A stretch of 63,809 nt of DNA, the filler included, from Licmophora abbreviata (Eukaryota), in NCBI GenBank assembly GCA_900291995.1. It is 11 parts of 11 records of this genome, joined end to end, with 100 filler letters (N's around TTAATTAATTAA, not from the genome) between each part and the next. Parts side by side here need not be neighbours in the genome. Positions count along the whole stretch, not along the records: positions 34,231 to 38,646 come from OLMU01005253.1; positions 38,747 to 42,316 come from OLMU01005254.1; positions 42,417 to 47,884 come from OLMU01005255.1; 8 more parts are not named here. The stretch is one strand, 5' to 3'. Below are positions 35,837 to 45,098 of this stretch, piece after piece. A program made the translations under genes and the position numbers. Each line of letters begins with the position of its first letter. The first letter of the stretch is position 1. Under the pieces are notes generated by a model. The model was not told where the DNA came from and ran no database searches. It worked only from the letters and a program-made list of their open reading frames with translations.

Positions 35837-37516
35837 CTAATCCAGAAATAAAGATGTTATATTTCGATGCGTCGCCAGCACGCGCTGCACTTCCGTGTGC
35901 TTGCAATGATCCAAGACATCTACGTTCGATCCAAGTTCCATCGTCCGCTCTACAAACTTGTGATATCGCTCTCCCAAAGCAGTCTTATCGGTCCAGAAGA
36001 AGTTCGTAGGGGGTGGACTCTCCTTCTCCACGTACTCTTGTTGGAATCGATATAGCCAAAACAGCATCTCTTCTATCCACTCATCGTCTCGATGAAGACG
36101 TAGAATGGCAGCCCCGTTTGTTGCGGTGAGGCGCACCATGACGGCCGATCGACACTCGGGGCCAACACAAAACATTTCCATCATGAGCTGTGGGATGTAG
36201 AGGGGTGGAACGATGGGATCTCGGAAGGGCATCTGCCGAACTGTATAGCGCCCAGATGTCGCATCATCCGGTCCCCACCGTGTTGGGACAAAGGGGCAAT
36301 GATTCTTAACTTCCAACACCTCGACCTTGCCGTCAGGATAGACCAGGAGGCCATCCGGTGACGCGCCGACCAGCACGGGTGAGCCGGTTCGGTTGGCGCT
36401 CAGCCCAGCACCACACATGCCCACTTCCTTGAGACGAATCTCTGGTTCTCTCTTCCAGAAGAAATTCAATGCGCACAAGAGCGCCGTCGCTTCTTGGGAG
36501 TTCCCCCAGCTCGTGCGCACTGACATGAGCATGCCATTGTTGGCGTTGCTCTCGGCAGTCTGACGGCGCTTCAATCTATCGTGCGGTGTGATGCGCGGCA
36601 GGTACTTTGCCGCGAAAGGAAATCGTGTGCCATCCTCGCGGGCAATGGGAATCGTCCAGAAGGGTCCATGGGGTACGGGCGAGTCCCAGGGGCGCTCATG
36701 GTTGCTCGATTCTTGGCACAAGACCTCATTCATCTCGGTCAGTGTCCGTAATGCCTGTTCCCGCAGTCGATAGTACGCCGAGGTGCCACCCCGTCTCCAC
36801 GACATGGGAATATTCAACGCCTTGCCCACCTGGGGCTCAAGAAATCCAAGCGCTGCGGCTGCCTGTGAAGTGGTACATCTTCCCTTGTGTAGAGCGTCCC
36901 ATTGCCAAGAATCCTGACGAAAGTTGCGAACATCTTCCAGTGATTCCAACGCAGCAATGGTTTCAGGAGGTGGGAGCGGATCGAAACTAGGGTGAAAACG
37001 CAAGTGATCCATGGGAACAGCTCTCCAATGAATATCCGGTAGGTCACCTGTGAGTATGCGTTTTCCACGCAATTTCTTGTTTCCGGTGCCCTTTTGTCGT
37101 GATGAGTGGTGCGATGATGAAGCAGGGGCAACCACGTTTGTCGTTGTCTTTCGCGACCTCGTGGAGTCCACGACGTCCGAAGAATGTTCCTTTTTCATTT
37201 CTCTCCGAATTGGCGTCTTTCCTATTCTATGCGAGCCGCGCACTTGAGACGGGATCAGAGCGGAAGAGTCAGACAACGGAAACTTCACTGTCTGGCGGTT
37301 CCTGCCATCATAATGCTGGCTTGTTCTTTGGCTGCGAAAGAATATCTGAGAAGGGATAAGCGGTAACGCATCGGATATTTGGTGTGATGATGCTACAAAT
37401 CCAGTAGGAATTGTCTCCGTTGTAGCAACAGCAACGTGCGTCATGATGATCAGACCGACAAGAAATCCAAACATCAACAAAGAGACCCAGTGATGGATGC
37501 TTTCAGCGCAAATCAT
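35837..37516 (-). CDS. YqaJ/lambda-exonuclease-like PD-(D/E)XK nuclease with an N-terminal hydrophobic signal
   Basis: TTSQAAAALG, WGNSQEATA, VGASPDGLL, VLEVK and YIPQLMMEM occur in the order of the YqaJ motifs. Confidence 0.75.
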   Translation of the reverse strand: MICAESIHHWVSLLMFGFLVGLIIMTHVAVATTETIPTGFVASSHQISDALPLIPSQIFFRSQRTSQHYDGRNRQTVKFPLSDSSALIPSQVRGSHRIGKTPIRREMKKEHSSDVVDSTRSRKTTTNVVAPASSSHHSSRQKGTGNKKLRGKRILTGDLPDIHWRAVPMDHLRFHPSFDPLPPPETIAALESLEDVRNFRQDSWQWDALHKGRCTTSQAAAALGFLEPQVGKALNIPMSWRRGGTSAYYRLREQALRTLTEMNEVLCQESSNHERPWDSPVPHGPFWTIPIAREDGTRFPFAAKYLPRITPHDRLKRRQTAESNANNGMLMSVRTSWGNSQEATALLCALNFFWKREPEIRLKEVGMCGAGLSANRTGSPVLVGASPDGLLVYPDGKVEVLEVKNHCPFVPTRWGPDDATSGRYTVRQMPFRDPIVPPLYIPQLMMEMFCVGPECRSAVMVRLTATNGAAILRLHRDDEWIEEMLFWLYRFQQEYVEKESPPPTNFFWTDKTALGERYHKFVERTMELGSNVDVLDHCKHTEVQRVLATHRNITSLFLD

Positions 37517-37952
37517 TCCAAATTGAGAACCGTAAAATTCAGAAGGTTCAGAGCAAAGAGACTTGACTCTGGAACTTGAAACAATCGCGCAGAACAGAGA
37601 CAGCTTTCTATTCTATAACTTCTCGCGTCCCACAACCCACCACACGGTGATGTTGATGACGAGGTCTTGCTGTTCGACGTGACGCTCGTCGTCGCGTGCG
37701 AGCTCGATGTGGTGACCGCATTGTTTACAAAAGTTTCGCTGTCATGACATTTTCTCTACAATTGACATTTCTCAGGCTCAGACGTGAAGAGACATTGCAC
37801 CCTTCAAGAGACATTTGCATCGAAGAGACATAGACGTAGCTCTCACGTGGCCTACAGTATATCCAGAAAGCCTCGGTCATTTGCATACAGACATATTGCA
37901 GAGCGCCCTTTTACTCATTTCGTCTCACTTTTCCATACACTCATCAGCAAAA

Positions 37953-40113
37953 ATGGCCATGATGAAGAGTTGCTTGCTTCTTCTTCTTGTCTGTGCAATG
38001 GGATCAGCCCAGACCCAGACTAGAATAAAGATCAGGGTGAAGACCGACTGGCACCCAGAAGAGACCACTTGGGAACTCGTGGACGAATGTGAAAACGGAG
38101 CTGTAAAAATGAGCGGCGGTCCTTATCAAGGACGAAATAATCAGAGAAACGTATTCTCCGATAAGGGGGAAAGGAAGAAATCAAAGAAGTATAACTCTTC
38201 CCTCAGACTACCGAAATCACTGTATACGTTTAGGATCTTTGACAGCGGAGGGGATGGACTCAGTAAGTTTCGGCGTGATACCACAATTCTTCCCTGTAGT
38301 TGAGGACAGAAAAGGCTCACACTCTAGGCTTCTCTCGCTTACGAATCCTTTTTCTATCCAACAGGTGGATCCTACGGTCGAGGATGGTACCGTATTATTG
38401 TTGATGGCCAAACGATACAAAGAGGAGCTGTCTTTGATGATGTCGACGAATATACGTTCGGAACCGCCTGTACCAACAACTCGCCAACCGACCCACCGAC
38501 AGAGCCGCCCACCCAACCGCCCACGGAGCCACCAACTGAGCCACCCACCGAACCACCAACTGAACCACCTACCGAGCCACCCACGGAGCCACCTACTGAA
38601 CCGCCAACTGAACCGCCAACTGAACCGCCAACTGAACAGCCAACTGNNNNNNNNNNNNNNNNNNNNNNNNNNNNNNNNNNNNNNNNNNNNTTAATTAATT
38701 AANNNNNNNNNNNNNNNNNNNNNNNNNNNNNNNNNNNNNNNNNNNNCCCACTGAGCCGCCCACGGAGCCGCCCACGGAACCACCCACGGAGCCGCCTACC
38801 GAACCACCTCTCTCTGACGTTGAAGGTATGTGCCACTTTCCCAAGTGTATCTGGCATTGAAACGCGTGTCTTACGATAAAACATTGTCCTTTGTCAACTT
38901 GTTTTTAGCAATCTATCTTCAGCTTGGTGAAGCTTGCGACACACCTGACAATGTAACATTCGAGTACGTATCAACTCAATCGCTCGCGTCTCGCGTTGGG
39001 CGTACTAACAGTGTGCGTGTTTCTATTTAATCTTCAGCTTCTGTTTTGATGTAAATTTCTCGACTGAAACCGCTGTCCCAGCTTTTGGGGCAGCCGTGGA
39101 ACGATGGGAAAGTATCATCACTGCAGACATACCAGATTTCAACTACGCCTACTATTCACAGTATGTAACTTTCCCATCGATGTGCCAAAATATTCCAGAT
39201 ATCATTGATGACATTTTCATCTGTGCTGAGGTCGCACCGAACGACGGACCGTATGGTGTCCTAGGGTACGCTGGACCTCAGTACATTCGGAGCAGCACAG
39301 GCCTGCCCATCAATGGGGTCATCAGCTTTGACAGCGATGATCTTGATTGGATGATTGAAGCAGAAATCTGGGAAGGCGTCGTGCTGCATGAGATTGGACA
39401 CGTAAGTATCGAAATGCAACTTAACTTGCTTCGGCCGATGCCGCGCCAACTTGGCTCTCACACTCTGCTTGTCATTGTAACCTTTACTGATACTTCTGCA
39501 GGTCATCGGTATTGGCACTCTATGGGAATATTCGGAGAATTACTTCCCTGATGTTCAGGACGATGCATATACCGGAGCACATGCATTGGCGGCCTGGCAG
39601 GAGATTTGTGGACCAGCCGCAGTCCTTCCAGTCGAGACTGATGGTGGTGCCGGAACCGCCGGGGGGCATTTTGACGAGTTGTGTATGCAGGACGAGCTCA
39701 TGACAGGGTCTGCCGACCAAGATATGCTGCTTTCGAAGATGACAATCGGTACATTAGAAGATATCGGCTACGAAGTCGACTATACCCTGGCCGATCCATT
39801 CAGCCTTGAAGATCTGTCAGCGGCCGACTGTGGCCCATACTGTCCCAATTTGTACAATCGGCGCCAACTTCGTGGGAGTCGCAGACATTTTGGTGGCGCT
39901 CGTCGGAGAAAGCCGCCGCTTAGCACTGAAGGAGAGAAGACGGTAAAGGACTTTGGACTGGGATTGCTCAAGCAGTTCCGCGATGAGCATAGTAGGAGGC
40001 TAGCCCCCTTGCCAGACGACATGACGTTTGTAGGGGGAGATTGTATCGATATCCTATATGAAGAAAATGGGAACGTCTACCAGAAGGATGTTTGCTGGGA
40101 GGGCACAGATTAA
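37953..40113 (+). CDS. Secreted leishmanolysin-like (M8) zinc metalloprotease with an N-terminal beta domain and a PTEP-repeat stalk. Multi-exon and interrupted by a gap.
   Basis: Signal peptide MAMMKSCLLLLLVCAMGSA; TDWHPEETTWEL...YTFRIFDSGGDGL; DGPYGVLGYAGP; HEIGH|VIGIG across intron 39402-39501; GHFDE...DELMTG; TIGTLEDIGYEVDY. Intron 38263-38364 also identified. Confidence 0.85.
38484..38810 (+). repeat. 12-bp coding repeat (Pro-Thr-Glu-Pro)n spanning the assembly gap
   Basis: cc(a/g)cc(a/c/t)ac(t/c/g)ga(a/g) units occur on both sides of the spacer. Confidence 0.92.
38647..38746. other. Artificial contig spacer inside the PTEP repeat
   Basis: N44-TTAATTAATTAA-N44. Confidence 0.99.
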
Positions 40114-40773
40114 AGCTACTACTTCTAGAGAGACTATACTGTACATACTTTACAACGCTAATCAACCATTCGTATGGATTGGGTTAGAGTAGTCATGAAG
40201 GCCTTGCAGCAAGGCTCTAGAGATCGCTATGGAAACTCATTGAGGAGAAACGTTGCCGTGCAGCTGAAATTGTTGAAAAAGATAGAGGCAATCCATACCT
40301 TAGACTAGGCTAGGTTTGTAACTCAGATGCAATGTCTGCGCTCGCAAAGCATGTTACTGTACCGGTATCCATCGGTCGATACTGTGTACGGGTACCATCG
40401 ATCGTAGCTCGACGACGAGCGCAAAAGTAGAGCCGAGCAGCACAGTACCTGTTTCTGTCGACGAAATGATTGTTGTTCAATGGCATGGGCTATTCGTCGT
40501 GATCTCAGTTAATCCAACCTGGCACAGCGTCCCATTTTGTGAGGGACGAGGCGTAAAAGTTGTTCCTCGAGTGGTGGTGTCCCAGTCATAAATGAGAAAC
40601 TGTCGCATGCGACAGTCGTCGCGCGCGCAGTTTTATGCAAACGAGCGCAAGGACGGCATCAACGGGCAGCGGACCATGGTGAAATATTTATATTGCGTTG
40701 TCCACAGTTGATCACAGGCTAAGAAACACCGTTTAGTGTGATCTGGCCGAGTGCTTCTATCAAGAAACAAAGC

Positions 40774-41433
40774 ATGGGTGATGTTGCTCAGATATTATCA
40801 GGATCCGCGGAAGCAGCCGCGTCTCCTTCCGCGCTGCCGCCGCCACCGCCACCACCTCCCGCCAGCCACCATCCGTCCCGAGCCATGAAAATGACAGGCA
40901 TGTCCCGGGAAGTCATGGATCTATTGAGTGGGAGTCAGGATAAAAAGTCGGCCACATTGCCGCCCATTGTGCCCAGTATTCCGCCAACGATAGATACGAA
41001 AATCAAGGTTGGCAACAAGTTCATATCGGCTAGCAAACCGGCCCGCAAGTGGGTATGGGCCCCGTTCACCTCCTCGGCGAGGACGGACGGGGCGTTGTTT
41101 CGACACTGGGTGAGAGATTGTCGGTCGACCACGACGGAGCACCGCTCGAAGTACAATGTTTTCGAGCTCACAGACGCCGATGAGCCTCCTGGCGCTTTAG
41201 AAAGAATTTTGTCCACGATCAAATCCGCGAAACCCGTTTATTCTTCCAATCTGGGTTGTACCAATCGTGTGCCAACGCAGGGAGACGTCGATTGCCTTGT
41301 CGATGAAAGCTTCTTGCTGCGCTGTCTGAACGAGGAAAAACAGCTAAGCTTGCTGGTCGTCCAGCTTCGAGAACAAAGGGATGATCTAAGATTAGTGATT
41401 GAGCAGGTCCAGAGTGAAAATCGTCAGATATGA
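40774..41433 (+). pseudogene. DMAP1: DMAP1/SWC4 N-terminal fragment fused to an unrelated coiled-coil-like tail (truncated copy or chimera)
   Basis: MGDVAQIL..GMSREVMDLL..RKWVWAPFTSSARTDGALFRHWVR matches the DMAP1/Swc4 N-terminus. The expected SANT domain does not follow. Confidence 0.6.
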
Positions 41434-41677
41434 ATAAATACTCAACGCGCCCAATCCGAGCGGGTGGTTCAACGCCTCCACGGAAATCTGATAGTGGAGT
41501 CTGGTCAATAAGCTCCTAGGTGATGAAGGTGCAGTACGATTTTTGGTCTGTACATCAGCTCTCTTCATGAACCCAACAATTAACAATGTTTACATTCTAC
41601 TTGAGGAACCTTCTCAGCCTGGATTGTCCGAGATTACCCTTGCTTCGACCATCTCTGTCTGGACTTCATACTCCAGT

Positions 41678-42157
41678 TCATGTTCTTCTTTTCTTCTTCA
41701 TCTTGCCCATTCGAGGAGATTTTCCAATCCTGGGGGATCTTGACGTCGATGTCCACTTGGGGTCATTGTGTTCTCGGAGCGCTTGCATTGTCTTGGAATA
41801 TGCCTGCTTTTCGGTAAGAAGGGAGTACAATTGACTATCCTGGTCGCCGGCAGACTTTTTTGCCTTCCTGACAAAACGTCCACCGCGAACACTGGTTTGC
41901 TTGACTGTCGACTCAGTAACTGATCTTTTGTCGGCGTTGGAAGTCGCTTCTTTGAACTTGGGCTTCAAAGCGAGGACTAAGCCTCTAAAATACGTATTTC
42001 CTGGATGGTTGTTCGACTCGCCCCCGGCTCCACAGATAACATCGACGTCGGAAATGTCCTTCTTTTCGATGAAGACTGGATCGCTGTCTGATTTAGAGAA
42101 CAGTGGTACTTGGGAAAACATAGAAGCTGTCTGAAAAGGCTTCTTGTTTTCCGCCAT
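41678..42157 (-). CDS. DUF6824-domain protein (diatom-expanded family), possibly 5'-incomplete
   Basis: DVICGAGGESNNHPGN..FR.LV...K.....DKR...GGRFVRK...AYSKTMQALRE. Confidence 0.8.
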   Translation of the reverse strand: MAENKKPFQTASMFSQVPLFSKSDSDPVFIEKKDISDVDVICGAGGESNNHPGNTYFRGLVLALKPKFKEATSNADKRSVTESTVKQTSVRGGRFVRKAKKSAGDQDSQLYSLLTEKQAYSKTMQALREHNDPKWTSTSRSPRIGKSPRMGKMKKKRRT

Positions 42158-42316
42158 GTCGTGACAACAGAATCCCGGTAGCTGGTGAGTCCATTGTGTA
42201 AAGTGATCCCACCAGGTACTGGGTGCTCTCGCTACATCGGCGGAAGGGGGGAGTTCAAAGTCCGAAATTGATCGGGCGCGACCAACAGTGTTGGCAGGGG
42301 CGTTGGAGTCTTCTGG

Positions 42317-42416
42317 NNNNNNNNNNNNNNNNNNNNNNNNNNNNNNNNNNNNNNNNNNNNTTAATTAATTAANNNNNNNNNNNNNNNNNNNNNNNNNNNN
42401 NNNNNNNNNNNNNNNN
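42317..42416. other. Artificial contig spacer
   Basis: N44-TTAATTAATTAA-N44. Confidence 0.99.
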
Positions 42417-42451
<35 letters not shown>

Positions 42452-42452
42452 G
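42417..42452. repeat. (ACAG)9 microsatellite at the contig start
   Basis: acagacagacag... directly after the spacer. Confidence 0.95.
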
Positions 42453-42865
42453 TACTACCGGCTACGGACAGCAGCTGGGGAAGGAGAATAAGAAGGTGAC
42501 TTTTTGATAACATGTACCGACATCTTTCATGCAAGTCCCGAACCTAGTATGATAGTACTGTAGAGCAAAAGTGGCACAGGAAACTGACAAGGAGTGGTCG
42601 TGGACGCTGTTCTGCTCAATAGGATGCGGGTTTGTTTCTTCTCATCTGGTTCATACTGCGGACTTTGGCGACGCGTGTGCGATGCTGTTTAGACCTACTT
42701 ATTTGGATATCTAATCCAGCTAAGTAACACTCTAGAGTAGTAAGTCTCTCGTTTTGGTGCGTAAAATATAGAATGTCGTAGATTCCGGTGGTTTCAACAG
42801 GCAGTATGAGAATATAAAAGGAATAAGAGAAAGAGCACAGCTCGAAACACCTGAGGAAGCTGATA

Positions 42866-44429
42866 TCATCCGCGTCGATCGAAAAAGTTGTCTTCTGGAG
42901 GGATCGCGTTTTCAAAGTCTCCGCTTTCGAAAGATTCTCTAAATCCATTGATGATGACGTTCCTTACCATGTCTCTGTTGTCGCCATCCTCCAGCACAAC
43001 ACTAACACTACTGGAGACAATAGCACACAGGGCCAAGGGGTCCGAGGTCAGACACACAGGATTATCAATAACGAATGGGATTTCCACTGGAATCTCGTCA
43101 GTATAGAACACTAAGCGTCGTGTACCCCGGACCAATCCTGCATGTCGAGAAGAGCTCACTTTCCCTTGCTGGCCATCAGCCCTCCGAAGTTCTCTCTTGG
43201 GCTGTAGCTTCCTGTACATCTCTTCCAAAACGAATTGGACGTCTCCAATAGTCACAGACTTTCTTCCAAGTCGTTGGGCAACTGCACGCTCCGTTGCCTC
43301 CTCCACCACCGAAAGGCGACGGTGACGCATTTGACGACCGTGTCTGCTAGAGCCATGATGGTTCGAGCCGGATCCAGACAGGGATGATTTCACGTCAGAT
43401 GCACCGGCATCAGGTAATGGATCATCTCTGTTTGAGGAAAAAGTGGTCTCTCCCGGTTGTGTCCACGTGTTGAACGAAACGTCTTTTCCTGGGGCTCGGA
43501 GAGTATGAGGGAATGTTTCATTCAGAATGTCTATGGTCACAGTCCTTGTCGCTGTGACAAGCCCTCGCTTTACCGTGTTGTTGCGCTCGTTTAAGATGTC
43601 GTCCGCGGTTAAGTTGGCCGAATTTATGATACCATACTGGAATCCAACTTCCAAGAGAGCCTCGAAAGTTGGTGCTGGAGGCAAAGGTAGAGAGTGAGGC
43701 GTAAGATTATCAAACAAACTCACGGGAGAAGAACGTTCAGCTCGTTGAGGGCACGACTACGATACATCATTTCTTACCTGGGGTTTCAACCGATGGGACA
43801 CGTGAAGGGGCTACGGATGGATAGCCACTAGGCAACGGAGACTCTAATCCTACTGGAGCTAAGCTCGGGGATCCACTCAAGGTCGGACTGGGACTCTGCG
43901 ATGCAATCGATGGAGCGGGAGTGTTGACCACCTCGTCGATACCAGTTTCGATCTCCGAGCAAAACACGGAAATGTATGCCATATGCCCATCGGATCCATC
44001 GTCCGCCACATTGATGTGCGCTGCGTCTCCTACACAGCAAAGATCCACTTCTGAAGGGTCCCAAGTACACATACACGCTGTCCAATGAAAGAGAACGATG
44101 AGTCTGAGAGGAACAGAATCGAACTCAGGAACATTGATGCTGCCGTTGCTCTGCCTTGACACAAACTCGACAAATTCATAAGTCGATAACTCTCCATCAC
44201 CGTCCACATCAGATTGAGCGAGGTTCATTTGGCATCTGTTTAGCGTCTCTTCATCAATGAAATTGGAGACATGCAGATCGAGGCTCGTAGGGGTGCGCTG
44301 CGCCTTCGCCGGTTGGTGAAAACAGCTCAGCAAGTAGCACACTGCAGCGAAGGAGGACACACGGAAAGGCAGCTTCTTCCCTCTTTTCTCTCTAGTTCTT
44401 TCTGTCTGTCGCAATCGCATCTGCGGCAT
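42866..44429 (-). CDS. Hypothetical secreted or surface protein with an EF-hand-like loop, a Cys cluster and a PS-rich linker; intron 43675-43777
   Basis: Hydrophobic segment SFAAVCYLLSCF; SDVDGDGELSTYEF; CMC...CC; xPSxxPS repeats. The GT-AG intron joins the two ORFs in frame (PG|APTF). Start uncertain. Confidence 0.65.
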
Positions 44430-45098
44430 TATGAGTGTCTTTGATTCAAGCAAGAATGTCACGCATTCGCCACTTGATGCTATGGAGAAGCGTTGAGTTG
44501 AATTCTTGTAGAAACAGCGTCGCCGTCGACAAGATCTCTTGCAACAGCCACGCTCCAGTGGGTCCTGAGGGTAGGTACGACAGAGAAGTGATAGATAACC
44601 AGGATATGATCCCCTTTTGCTCCAACAAGCCACCGGAGTTGGGGTGTGTAGTTGTCGGTGATGGCGATGCCTCAAATCCAAGAAATTGAAAATGTGAGTC
44701 AAGCTTGATTTGATATATTGAAATATATCAGTTCAGTCCTTGTTATGTACATTGAAAAATGCACATAAACAGACATGAGGCTGGTTTTTGGTCACCCTTG
44801 CGGGTTGATGGAAGCTCAACGCTCGTTGTACATATGCCCAATAGGCCCAACGCACAATTACTTTCTTTTGAGCGAAGCGAGCAGCAAACCGCGAGCTTCG
44901 TGCCGTCTGTCATGTGCCATGTGATTCGAACGGATCCGTGCCGACGACCGTCGCCTAAATCGAGCAAGGCTCACATTTCGAATCCTCCTCGTCTACTCTA
45001 GCCGCGCTATCTATCTGAACCATAGTGCCGGATTGTAACGTTATAATGAGCAGTACTGGCACAGTGGTACAGGTGACGAGTGACGAGGACTCCTTCCA

